DNA of 64,000 nucleotides from Thermoanaerobaculia bacterium (GCA_038245905.1 JBBRRY010000018.1:1-64000), one strand, 5' to 3'; numbered from the stretch's first letter, positions 1 to 8,922 are shown. Translations and numbers: made by a program. The notes: a model not told the origin generated them from the sequence alone.

Positions 1-1
1 C

Positions 2-643
2 ATCACCGTCGGCCTCTACGAGGACGGCACGCCCGGCGAGATCTTCCTCACGATGGCGAAGGAAGGCTCCACGATCTCCGGGCTCATGGATTCCTTCGCA
101 ACGGCCATCTCGCTCACGCTGCAATACGGCGTGCCGCTCGAAGCCCTCGTCGAGAAGTTCAGCCACATGCGCTTCGAGCCCGCGGGCTACACGAAGAATC
201 CCGAGATCCCGATCGCGAAGAGCCTTGTCGACTACATCTTCCGCTGGCTCGCGTCGAAGTTCCTGACGGCGGATCTCAAGGAAAGGGCCGGCGTCATCTC
301 CCGCGAGGTGCCGGGTCCCGCGGCGACACCGGCCGAGTTCAAGAGAAGCGGAACGCTGACGCCGGTTGCCGAAGCCGCGGCCGGCCCGATCCTCGCGGCG
401 AATGCGGCCTTTCAGGCCGTCACGAGCGCCAGCGCCAGCGGGAAGGCGGAACCACCCGCGGCCGGGGGCGCGGCGGAAGCGCGAGCCATCGGGTTCGCGG
501 TCCCGGCGCCTTCGTACGCGAGCCGGCTCGCGTTCGAAAACAGCACCGACGCGCCGAGCTGCCACGAGTGCGGCAGCCTCATGGTGCGCGGCGGCGCCTG
601 CTACAAGTGCCTGAACTGCGGCGCGACGAGCGGCTGCAGCTGA
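2..643 (+). CDS. nrdJ: Class II (B12-dependent) ribonucleotide reductase, C-terminal part (5'-truncated by window edge)
   Basis: Frame is open from base 2: ITVGLYEDGTPGEIFLTMAKEGSTISGLMDSFATAISLTLQYGVPLE. Ends in the zinc ribbon DAPSCHECGSLMVRGGACYKCLNCGATSGCS typical of NrdJ C-termini. Confidence 0.9.
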   Translation: MTVGLYEDGTPGEIFLTMAKEGSTISGLMDSFATAISLTLQYGVPLEALVEKFSHMRFEPAGYTKNPEIPIAKSLVDYIFRWLASKFLTADLKERAGVISREVPGPAATPAEFKRSGTLTPVAEAAAGPILAANAAFQAVTSASASGKAEPPAAGGAAEARAIGFAVPAPSYASRLAFENSTDAPSCHECGSLMVRGGACYKCLNCGATSGCS

Positions 644-649
644 ACCCGT

Positions 650-2299
650 TCAGCGTCCGAAGACCCGTTCCCTGAGCGCCGCGAGGAGACCGCGGCGACG
701 GATCACGATCTCGCTCCGGCCGGGCGCCGGCCGGACGAGGATCGCGCCCCAGGCCGTCGTCTCGACTCGGCCCCCTTCGCCCGCGCCGACCGCGAGGAAG
801 GGGTTCGTGAACCAATTGATGACGAGGACCCCGCCGGTAGCCGCGTCCACGATGAGGCGGAGCTCCAGAACGTCCGCGCGGCCCTGGAGCGCGGACCCTG
901 GAGACGCGGCGTCGATGACGCAGTTCGTCGTCTCGAGAAACGGTCGCGGCGGCGGAAGCGAAATCCCGTGCGGACGAAACGCCCCGCTGAAGACCGACGT
1001 CTTCACGAGCGCTTCCGCCTCCAGGCTCGCCTCGATTTCCTTCACGCCGAAAATCCGGCCGGGGGGCGGTCTCCCGACGCCGTACCAGACCTGGGAGACG
1101 ACGGCCAGGAGCAGCGTTGCGCGGAGGGCGTAGCGGAACATGGGCCGTGGAGCGCTGGCCTCCAGCAGATCGAGCGAAAGGCACAGGACGAAAATCGAAG
1201 CCGGCGTCGAGAAGGCCAGAAGGCGCCAGGGAAACTGGATGAACTGGATCGCCGGCGCGAGGCGGTAGAGCGGCGCCGAGAGCGGCGTTTGAAGGACGAG
1301 ATAGAAAACAGCCGACAGGGCGGCGAGAAACCAGGCCGGACGCGTCTCCTCGAACCGGATCGCCGAGAGCCGGCGGCGGGCGAGGCCCACTGCCACGGCC
1401 GCGAAGGCGACGAGGGAAAGCGTGTTGAAGCCACGCCCGATCTCCACGGAATAACCGGCCGTGCTCGACGTCCAGCCGCCCGCTCGATCGTAGAGGTACT
1501 CCCCGAGCGGCGCAAAGTTCCGGAACACGCTGAACATTCCCGTCCGGAGGCGGTCGAGATCGAGATCTTTGCCGAAGAGCCAGATTCCGAACACGAAGGG
1601 CCCCGTCACGGGGAGGACGACAAGCGCAGCCCGGCCGAGGTTGAGGAATGCCTGCCGCCGGTCCTTCGAGAGAACGAGGGCGCCCCAGAAGGCGACGAAA
1701 ACGAGTGCGAAAGCGAAGATGAAGATCGTCGACTGCGCGAAGAAGATCAGAGACAGGATGGCGCCGAGCCCCCATCCCGCACGCGGCCTTCCGAACACGA
1801 TGCCGAGTGCGGCGACCGTGAGCCAGGGAACGAGCATGAAGGCCGCGAACTCTCCGAATGCTCCCCTCACGACCCAGTCCGTGTAGGCATAGTTGGAAAA
1901 GACGAGGAGCAGGGCTCCGCTCACCGCGTGAAGCGGTCCGAGCCCCATGGCGAGGAGCGCCCGGCGCATTCCGATCGCGCCGAGGAAAAGAAGGAGCGGA
2001 ATCACGACCTTGACGGCCGTGTAGGAGGAGCCCGTGGCGAGCGCGACGGCGCCCGCGAGCGTGTTGAAGAGGCGATGGTAGAAGAAGGGGAACGGCGAGC
2101 CGTAGCCGTTTTCGGCGAGGGGCGTCCAGAGAGGCAGGAAATTCCCGCCCGCAAAAGCGAGCCGGAAGATCTCGACCTTCTGAAAGCAGGCCACTCCGTC
2201 GTGGTTCTCGGGCCAGCCGGAGAGGACGAGGATCCGCGAGCAGGCGAGGAGGCTGGCCAAGAGGAGAAGGGCATACGGGCCCGCGCGCCGAAGCGTCAT
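650..2299 (-). CDS. Polytopic membrane protein, GT-C-like (6-pyruvoyl-tetrahydropterin synthase-related / YfhO-like) putative glycosyltransferase
   Basis: Many TM helices; motifs PLWTPLAENGYGSPFPFFY, RGAFGE and IQFPWRLL characteristic of this family. Confidence 0.65.
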   Translation of the reverse strand: MTLRRAGPYALLLLASLLACSRILVLSGWPENHDGVACFQKVEIFRLAFAGGNFLPLWTPLAENGYGSPFPFFYHRLFNTLAGAVALATGSSYTAVKVVIPLLLFLGAIGMRRALLAMGLGPLHAVSGALLLVFSNYAYTDWVVRGAFGEFAAFMLVPWLTVAALGIVFGRPRAGWGLGAILSLIFFAQSTIFIFAFALVFVAFWGALVLSKDRRQAFLNLGRAALVVLPVTGPFVFGIWLFGKDLDLDRLRTGMFSVFRNFAPLGEYLYDRAGGWTSSTAGYSVEIGRGFNTLSLVAFAAVAVGLARRRLSAIRFEETRPAWFLAALSAVFYLVLQTPLSAPLYRLAPAIQFIQFPWRLLAFSTPASIFVLCLSLDLLEASAPRPMFRYALRATLLLAVVSQVWYGVGRPPPGRIFGVKEIEASLEAEALVKTSVFSGAFRPHGISLPPPRPFLETTNCVIDAASPGSALQGRADVLELRLIVDAATGGVLVINWFTNPFLAVGAGEGGRVETTAWGAILVRPAPGRSEIVIRRRGLLAALRERVFGR

Positions 2300-2308
2300 G
2301 AAGGAATA

Positions 2309-3892
2309 CTAGAGCGTCATCGGGGACCAGAGGCGCCAGAGGTTGCTCCGGACGGAAGGGGGCGGCGCGCCCTTGGCGTGAGGGAACGCATATTCCGCGA
2401 AAAGCGACGGCCGGGTCGAGCGCGAAGGGGGTCCCAGCGCGGCGCCCCATCCGTCGAGTGCGGGCGTGTGCTCGACGAGGACGACATCGGCCTCGAATCC
2501 GGCGAGAGGGACGTCGTCGCCACGCGGCGCCCCCTCCGGAATCGCGGCGTGGAAGACTTGCTCGATGCGTTGCCAGCAGAAGTACTTGAAAACGTCACGG
2601 CCCGAGCGCGACACCACGATTACGCGCCGGCCCTCGGCCGTCAGGTCTCGCGCACGCTCGGCCATCGCGGTGGCCGCTTCGTGAAAATAAAGGGCCGCGC
2701 TCTCCGACCGCCCGAACGTCGAGACCCAGGCGCGGGCCTGGAGGCAGAGCGAGAGAACGAGGAGGGCGGCGAGCGGCACCTCGAGCCGCGGCGCACGTGA
2801 GAGAAGCGCGTCGCACCCGAGCGCGGCGAAGACGAGCCACGCAGGAAGCAGGATGAGGAGCCGCGTCAGGCTCGGGCCGTAGAGCCCGAGAAGCACACCG
2901 CCGGCGGCCCACGTCACGAAGAGAAACGAAAGCGCCGCGGATTCCCTTCCGCGCCGCCACGCGAGGAGGCCGAGGACGGCGAGCGGCCCCAGGACGAGGT
3001 CGAACGGGTCGAGACCGCTCGCCGTCAGCGCGACACCCGTGACGTCGAAGACGTGACCCGGACCCTTCCAAACGCGGTAACGCTCGGGATAGAAGAATGG
3101 AAGGAGGAACGTCGCGAGAACATTACCGAGCTTGTCGAGCGGCGTGCCGCGCGATACGTAGTAGCCGCGGTCGACGAGCATTCCGGGCGCGCGGAGGAGG
3201 AAGAGCAGATTTGGGATCGAGACGAGCCCGAAACCGAGGAGCAGGCGCCGCGCCTCGCGGCGCAGCGCGGGCCGCGCGGCAGGCGCGCGGCGCCAGCGCC
3301 ACGCGAAGTGGAGCACCCAGGCGATCGGGAGGAGGCGGCAGGCCGAGTACGCATAGACGCCGAGTGCGAGGAGGGCGCCGGCCGCGAAAGGCCGATCTGC
3401 CACGTCGCGCTCGACGCGGTCGTCGAGCAGGAAACACGCACCGAGGAGGACGAGCGGGGCCGCGCTCGCTCGAAGTCCGACCTCTCCGGAATGAAAGAGC
3501 CAGAGGGACGAGGCGGGAACGAGAAGAGCGATCCCGACTGGCAGCGTCGGCCGGATACGCCGCAGGAGTGCGGCGACGAGCACGAGGGTCGCGGTCGACG
3601 CGAGGATGCTCGGGACGAGGAGGGCGGTCCGCGTCGGCCCGAGCGCGGCCACAAAGGCACCCGTGACATAGAGCCAGAGCGTCTCGGCGGAGGGACCGAT
3701 GGAGACGGTGAGGACCTCGAAGCGGTGGAGGAGGACGAGGCGAAGGCCACGCATCGCCTCGATGACGGGGTCCGCGGCGACGCCCGGTGGGACGCGCCCA
3801 GCCGCGAGCGCGTGCAGACCGAGATAGGCCGCGGCCCCAAGGCCGATGACGGCGGCGCGGGCGGAGGCGGGTCCAGGCCGCTCGGCCGGCAC
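2309..3892 (-). CDS. ArnT/PMT-like (GT-C) membrane glycosyltransferase
   Basis: Multi-TM protein with PPGVAADP after TM1 and GALLALGVYAYSACRL. Start re-called to GTG 3892, just after the upstream stop. Confidence 0.6.
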   Translation of the reverse strand: MPAERPGPASARAAVIGLGAAAYLGLHALAAGRVPPGVAADPVIEAMRGLRLVLLHRFEVLTVSIGPSAETLWLYVTGAFVAALGPTRTALLVPSILASTATLVLVAALLRRIRPTLPVGIALLVPASSLWLFHSGEVGLRASAAPLVLLGACFLLDDRVERDVADRPFAAGALLALGVYAYSACRLLPIAWVLHFAWRWRRAPAARPALRREARRLLLGFGLVSIPNLLFLLRAPGMLVDRGYYVSRGTPLDKLGNVLATFLLPFFYPERYRVWKGPGHVFDVTGVALTASGLDPFDLVLGPLAVLGLLAWRRGRESAALSFLFVTWAAGGVLLGLYGPSLTRLLILLPAWLVFAALGCDALLSRAPRLEVPLAALLVLSLCLQARAWVSTFGRSESAALYFHEAATAMAERARDLTAEGRRVIVVSRSGRDVFKYFCWQRIEQVFHAAIPEGAPRGDDVPLAGFEADVVLVEHTPALDGWGAALGPPSRSTRPSLFAEYAFPHAKGAPPPSVRSNLWRLWSPMTL

Positions 3893-3897
3893 GCCCC

Positions 3898-4329
3898 TCA
3901 GCGCTTTCCGAAGAGCTGGTCGAACGCCGAGCGGGCGCCGTCCGGCGAGCCGGCGGCTTTCGTGCCGGTGAGATCGAGCGACACCGTGGGCGCGTAGAAG
4001 GTGCAGGCGTTCGCTCTCGATTTCGCGGGGATGGGCGCGGGAATCTCCTGCCGGCACTGCTGGTGCGCGGCGCCGTCAAAGAATCGGCATTGCGCGCACG
4101 CGTGGAGAGCGGCGCCGCACTTCTTGCAGACGGACTCGGGCCCGACTTCGGCGTCGTTCTTCTCGCTGCAGGTCTTGCATCGGAAGACGTCGGCCCGGTT
4201 GCGGTCGGCGCCGCGGCCCTTCGGACCGATCCTCTCGCCTCGAGCGGGGCCCGAAGGGCCGAAGCCGCTCCCGCTCCCGGAGCGTTCCACGTCCTTGTAT
4301 CCGCGCTGGCGATACTTTTGTTCGGTCAT
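3898..4329 (-). CDS. Conserved hypothetical Cys-rich (zinc-binding) protein
   Basis: CKTC, CKKC, CAQC plus two further Cys; C-terminal ARSAFDQLF; SD-like AGGA upstream. Confidence 0.7.
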   Translation of the reverse strand: MTEQKYRQRGYKDVERSGSGSGFGPSGPARGERIGPKGRGADRNRADVFRCKTCSEKNDAEVGPESVCKKCGAALHACAQCRFFDGAAHQQCRQEIPAPIPAKSRANACTFYAPTVSLDLTGTKAAGSPDGARSAFDQLFGKR

Positions 4330-4406
4330 CTGTCCTGCTTCCTGTCTTCGGCGCGTCGCGCCCCCGCGGTCTTCAAACTAGAATGCCTCCCGAGGTCCGC
4401 GACATC

Positions 4407-4769
4407 ATGAAGATCATCCTGCGCATTCTCATCAATGCCGCCGCTCTCTGGGCCGCGGCTTCGTTCGTGCCCGGCATTCGCGCGGGCGGGCTCGGCTCTA
4501 TCCTGGCGCTCGCGCTCGTCTTCGGCCTGGTGAACGCCTTCGTGCGTCCTTTCCTGAAGCTCGTGAGCTGCCCCATCATACTGCTCACGCTGGGTTTGTT
4601 CACGCTCGTCGTGAACGCCTTGATGCTCATGCTGGCGGCCTGGCTGGGGCGCGGGCTCGGCATCGAATTCACGGTCGACGGATTCGTGCCGGCGTTCCTC
4701 GGGGCACTCCTCATTTCGGTCGTGTCGACGCTCCTCTCCTGGATTCTGATCGCAAGGACCGACGGCTAA
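4407..4769 (+). CDS. YvlD/DUF360 'phage holin family' 4-TM membrane protein
   Basis: GLVNAFVRPFLKLVSCPIILLTLGLFTLVVNA signature. Start ATG 4407. Confidence 0.85.
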   Translation: MKIILRILINAAALWAAASFVPGIRAGGLGSILALALVFGLVNAFVRPFLKLVSCPIILLTLGLFTLVVNALMLMLAAWLGRGLGIEFTVDGFVPAFLGALLISVVSTLLSWILIARTDG

Positions 4770-4874
4770 GGCCCGAACCGGGCCGGAACGGACCCCGGAC
4801 CGCCCGCGACGAAGTAGTTCAAATGGGGGATGGACGTGCCCCCGGGTTGCCGGATGCTCAGGCTGGAGGAAGCC

Positions 4875-6512
4875 GTGTTCGGCATCCCGTTCCATCGGCA
4901 TCTGGGTTTCAAGCTGACGGGCGCCGCGGCGATGGTCTCGCTCGCGACGATTTCGCTGTTCGCGTTCTTCTCGATCCGCTCCCAGCGGGATCATTCCATC
5001 GGCGAGGTCATCCGAGGTGCCGCGCTGTTCTCGAGCACGATCGCGAGCAGCACGCGGGATTTCATGCTCGAGGATCAGCGGCACGACGCCTACCGGATCA
5101 TGGAGAGCATCGGCCGCCTCGAGGGCATCGAGAAGGTCCGCGTCCTGAACAAGGAAGGCCGCATCACGTTCTCGACGAATGCGCGCGACATCGGCGCGTC
5201 GGTCGACAAGGATGCCGAGGCCTGCACGGCGTGCCACGCGGCGGGCCAGCCGATCGTGGCGCCCACGACGTCCGCGCGCAGCCGCCTGTTCCGTTCGAAC
5301 GGCCACCGCGTGCTGGGCATGGTGACGCCCATCTACAACGAGCCGGCCTGCTCGACGGCCGCCTGCCACGCCCACCCGTCCGACAAGCACGTCCTCGGCG
5401 TTGTCGACATCGGCATTTCGCTGAAGGAGATCGACGCGAGCCTGCGCACCCAGTCCCTGCGCCTGGCGGGCGGCGCGCTCGCCGCGGTGGTCGTCCTCGC
5501 CGCGCTCATGAGAGCCGCTGCGCGCCGCATCGTCTTCCGCCCCGTGGCGGAGCTCCTGGAGGCCACGCAGCGCGTCGGTCACGGCGACCTGTCGGCGACG
5601 CTCGCCGTTCGCTCGACGGACGAGCTCGGAATGCTGGCCACCTCGTTCAACGAGATGAACGCGTCGCTCGCCCGAACGCACCGCGACCTCGAGATCCTCA
5701 CCGACGATCTCGAACGTCAGGTGGAGGACCGCACGGCGGCGCTCCGAAGCGCGCACGAGGTCCTCGCGCGCAGTGAGAAGCTGGCCTCGCTCGGCCAGCT
5801 CTCGGCCTCCATCGCGCACGAGATCAACAATCCCCTCGCGGGGATCCTCACGTTTGCTCGCCTCATGACGCGGATGCTCGAGACCGGCCTGCCGGACGAC
5901 GCGACGCGCGCGGCGTGCCTCAAGAACCTGGCGCTCATCCGGAGGGAGTCCGAGCGCTGCACCGTCATCGTCCGGAACCTCCTCGACTTCGCGCGGGTCA
6001 GGCCGCTGGAGCTGAAAGTGTTCGACCCGCTGCTCGCGCTCGAAGAGGCGCTCTCACTCGCGGCGCACAAGATGCAGATCCAGAACATCACGGTCGTGAA
6101 GAAGCTCGAGGGAACGGGTGCCGTGAATGCCGACTTCGGGCAGCTTCGGCAGGCGTTCATGAACATCCTCCTGAACGCGTGCGACGCGATGCCGGGCGGC
6201 GGTACGCTGACGCTCACCTCCCACTTCTTCTCCGGCAGTCGCGAGGTCGAGATCGGTGTCGGCGACACGGGCGCGGGAATGGCGCCCGAGCTCCTCTCGC
6301 GGATTTTCGACCCGTTCTTCACGACGAAAGAGAAGGGTACCGGGCTTGGGCTCTCCGTCGTCTACGGCATCGTCGAGAAGCACGGCGGCTCCATGCGGGT
6401 CGCGAGCGGCGTCGGGAAGGGCACGACGATGACGATCCGGCTCCCTCTCGCCGCCGAGGGCGGCGGGGCCCCGGCGCCTTCCGCGGTGGCCAGGCCGGCC
6501 GCGGCCCCGTGA
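4875..6512 (+). CDS. Sensor histidine kinase with periplasmic heme-c sensor domain, HAMP, HisKA, HATPase
   Basis: TM - periplasmic CTACH and CSTAACH - TM - HAMP (DELGMLATSFN); H-box AHEINNPL; DPFFTTKEKGTGLGL. GGAGG lies 5 nt before GTG 4875. Confidence 0.9.
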   Translation: MFGIPFHRHLGFKLTGAAAMVSLATISLFAFFSIRSQRDHSIGEVIRGAALFSSTIASSTRDFMLEDQRHDAYRIMESIGRLEGIEKVRVLNKEGRITFSTNARDIGASVDKDAEACTACHAAGQPIVAPTTSARSRLFRSNGHRVLGMVTPIYNEPACSTAACHAHPSDKHVLGVVDIGISLKEIDASLRTQSLRLAGGALAAVVVLAALMRAAARRIVFRPVAELLEATQRVGHGDLSATLAVRSTDELGMLATSFNEMNASLARTHRDLEILTDDLERQVEDRTAALRSAHEVLARSEKLASLGQLSASIAHEINNPLAGILTFARLMTRMLETGLPDDATRAACLKNLALIRRESERCTVIVRNLLDFARVRPLELKVFDPLLALEEALSLAAHKMQIQNITVVKKLEGTGAVNADFGQLRQAFMNILLNACDAMPGGGTLTLTSHFFSGSREVEIGVGDTGAGMAPELLSRIFDPFFTTKEKGTGLGLSVVYGIVEKHGGSMRVASGVGKGTTMTIRLPLAAEGGGAPAPSAVARPAAAP

Positions 6513-7093
6513 GCGAGGTCGCCCTGTGGTGGATCGGGACGGGAAACGTCGACCCGGAGCTTCTCGCGGGTGTGCGCGCTCACGTCGAGAGAGTCTTCCG
6601 GTTTCCCGTGCGCCTCGACGTTCCGGCGGGCCGGCCGGAGGAGGCGTTCGACGCCCAGCGGAAGCAGCACTCCTCCCATCGCATCCTCCTGTGGCTCGCG
6701 GCGAACCGGCCACGCGGCGCCGCACGCCTGATCGGCCTGACGGACGCGGACCTCTTCATCCCGGTCCTGACGTTCGTCTTCGGCGAGGCGCAGCTGAAGG
6801 GCCCTGTCGCCGTAGTGTCGACCGCGCGTCTCCTGGGCGCGGGACTTCCCGGCGAGGCGGCCCGCTTCCCGATCCGGTTCCGGACCGAAGTCATTCACGA
6901 GCTCGGGCACACGTTCGGGCTCCTTCACTGCCGCATTCCACGCTGCGCGATGGCGCGCTCGGCGAGCCTTCGGGACGTGGACGCCAAGCAGCCGGACCTC
7001 TGCGAGACGTGCCGGGCCCTGTTCCTCGAGAACGCCTTTGAGATCGGAGAAACCCATGAGCAAGAAGAACACGCGGATCCTGCTGGTCGATGA
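6509..7093 (+). CDS. Archaemetzincin-family zinc metallopeptidase (M54)
   Basis: HELGHTFGLLHC-x4-CAM...CETC and DADLFIPVLTFVFGEAQL. GTGA overlap with the kinase stop; no signal peptide. Confidence 0.88.
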   Translation: MSEVALWWIGTGNVDPELLAGVRAHVERVFRFPVRLDVPAGRPEEAFDAQRKQHSSHRILLWLAANRPRGAARLIGLTDADLFIPVLTFVFGEAQLKGPVAVVSTARLLGAGLPGEAARFPIRFRTEVIHELGHTFGLLHCRIPRCAMARSASLRDVDAKQPDLCETCRALFLENAFEIGETHEQEEHADPAGR

Positions 7094-8426
7094 CGAAGAG
7101 ATCGTGCGGGAGTCCCTCTCGGGCTGGCTCGAGAAGGACGGCTACACGATCGGCACGGCGCCGGACGGCCTCGCGGCCGTCCGGGCCGTGGAAGAGGGCC
7201 GGTGGTCGATTCTCCTCGTGGACCTGAAGATGCCGGGCATCGACGGCCTCGAAGTGCTGAGGCGCGTCAAGGAGAAGAGCCCCGACACCGCCGTCGTCGT
7301 CATGACGGCGTATGCCACCGTCGACACCGCAGTGAACGCCATGAAACTCGGGGCGTTCGACTACATCGTGAAGCCCTTCGACCCTGAGGAGGTCAGCCTC
7401 CTGGTCGAGAAGATCGTCGCGCAGCAGGCGCTCGTGAGGGAGAACGTGATTCTCCGGAAGGCGCTCAAACGCGAGTTCCGGTTCCACGACCTCGTCACGA
7501 AGTCATCGGCGATGCAGGGCACGCTCGAGCTCGCGCGGACCGCCGCGCGCAGCCCCTCGACGATCCTCGTCCTCGGCGAAAGCGGCACGGGCAAGGAGCT
7601 TCTCGCCCGCGCCATCCATGCCGAGAGCCCGCGCCACGACAGACCCTTCGTGGCGATGTCCTGCGCGTCCCTCACGGAGACCCTCCTCGAATCCGAGCTC
7701 TTCGGCTACGAAAAGGGCTCCTTCACGGGCGCGAACGCGCGCCGGGAAGGCAAGTTCGTAGCGGCGAACGGGGGCACCCTTTTTCTCGACGAGATCGGCG
7801 ATATCAGCCCGAAGCTGCAGCTCGACCTCCTGCGCGTCCTCGAAGAACGCCGTGTGACGCGCGTCGGCGGGACGGAATCGATGCCGGTGGACGTTCGCAT
7901 CATTGCCGCGACGAACCGGGATCTCCAGAAGGCCATCGCCGAGGGCCGCTTCCGGGAGGATCTCTTTTATCGGCTGAACGTCATCACGCTCACGCTCGCT
8001 CCGCTCAGGGGCCGCAAGGAGGACATCCCCCTTCTCGTCGACATCCTGCTCGAGCAGCTCGCCGTGGAGATGAAGAAGCCGGTCGAGGGCGTGTCGCCCG
8101 AGGGCATGGCGCTTCTGCTTGCCCACTCCTGGCCGGGCAACGTGCGCGAGCTCAGAAACGTCCTCGAGCGCGGCGTCGTCGTTTCGACGGGGCCGCTCCT
8201 TCTGCCGGCCGATCTGGGCCTCACGCTTCGCGGGGAGGAGGTGCCGTCGCATCCTGCCTCGCTCGCCGAGATCGAACGGCAGCACATCGCCGCGGTGCTC
8301 AGGAACACGGGGGGAAACGTCTCGCAGGCCGCGCGAATCCTCGACATCGACCGCGTGACCCTTTACAGCAAGATCCACAAGTTCGGGCTGAAGCGGGCGG
8401 ACGACGGCGTTTTCGAGCCCGCCTAA
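7056..8426 (+). CDS. Sigma54-dependent response regulator (REC-AAA+-Fis HTH, NtrC/AtoC family)
   Basis: LVDD / DLKMP receiver; GESGTGKE; ESELFGYEKGSFTGA; LFLDEIG; WPGNVRELRN; C-terminal HTH. Confidence 0.95.
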   Translation: MSKKNTRILLVDDEEIVRESLSGWLEKDGYTIGTAPDGLAAVRAVEEGRWSILLVDLKMPGIDGLEVLRRVKEKSPDTAVVVMTAYATVDTAVNAMKLGAFDYIVKPFDPEEVSLLVEKIVAQQALVRENVILRKALKREFRFHDLVTKSSAMQGTLELARTAARSPSTILVLGESGTGKELLARAIHAESPRHDRPFVAMSCASLTETLLESELFGYEKGSFTGANARREGKFVAANGGTLFLDEIGDISPKLQLDLLRVLEERRVTRVGGTESMPVDVRIIAATNRDLQKAIAEGRFREDLFYRLNVITLTLAPLRGRKEDIPLLVDILLEQLAVEMKKPVEGVSPEGMALLLAHSWPGNVRELRNVLERGVVVSTGPLLLPADLGLTLRGEEVPSHPASLAEIERQHIAAVLRNTGGNVSQAARILDIDRVTLYSKIHKFGLKRADDGVFEPA

Positions 8427-8555
8427 GGAGCGGTGAGAAAGACAACGCCCCGTTGAGGACCTGAACGCTTCCGGCCGCAGGGCCGCCGGACTGGAATCGC
8501 CCCAAACCTCCTGTCGACAAGCAATTGACACCTCGCAAGGCGAACCGTAGGAGCG

Positions 8556-8570
8556 TGGCGCGGGCATTGC
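8556..8570 (+). promoter_or_regulatory. Sigma54 -24/-12 promoter of the Fe-S/NrfD/GcvH-like operon
   Basis: TGGCGCG-GGCA-TTGC with exact GG-N10-GC spacing, directly downstream of a sigma54 activator gene. Confidence 0.85.
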
Positions 8571-8588
8571 GATGAGACCGATGTTGCC

Positions 8589-8828
8589 ATGAAAGAGACA
8601 TCGACCACCTGCCCGCTCCTCAAAGAAGTCGTGATGCTTTATTGCGACGCCTGCCCGACGAAAAAGATGCTGCCTCTTGACCACCTCGTGTCGGCCCGGC
8701 CCTGTCAGGCGAGCCAATACGAGGACTGCCCCCTGTATCAGGAGGCCGTGAAGAGGCTCGGGACAGGCGCTGCTTACACGGAGCCGCTCGCCCTGGCGGC
8801 GAATGGCTCCGGGAGGGAGGCCCCATGA
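8589..8828 (+). CDS. Small Cys-rich protein (79 aa), first gene of the sigma54 operon
   Basis: CPLL..YCDAC..KKMLP..PC..YEDCPLY (5 Cys); stop overlaps the next ATG (ATGA). Confidence 0.7.
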   Translation: MKETSTTCPLLKEVVMLYCDACPTKKMLPLDHLVSARPCQASQYEDCPLYQEAVKRLGTGAAYTEPLALAANGSGREAP

Positions 8829-8911
8829 TCGCCACGGTACCCCTCGTCCTTCTTTTCGTTCTTCTCCTCCTCCTCAACGAACGCGCGCTCTCGCGCGCGG
8901 CCCGGGCCTGA
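8825..8911 (+). CDS. 28-aa single-TM peptide MIATVPLVLLFVLLLLLNERALSRAARA (absent from the ORF track)
   Basis: GGAGGGAGG SD; ATGA overlap with the upstream stop; 16-residue hydrophobic run then a basic tail; ends 11 nt before the next gene. Confidence 0.65.
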   Translation: MIATVPLVLLFVLLLLLNERALSRAARA

Positions 8912-8922
8912 GAGAGGCCGCG

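Noticed and set aside
4407-4769. Prophage suggested by the 'phage holin family' gene
   Set aside because: YvlD/DUF360 genes are ordinary chromosomal genes, and no phage genes are nearby.
4770-4784. Short hairpin GGCCCG-AAC-CGGGCC after the DUF360 gene
   Set aside because: A 6-bp GC stem without a U tract is expected by chance at this GC content.
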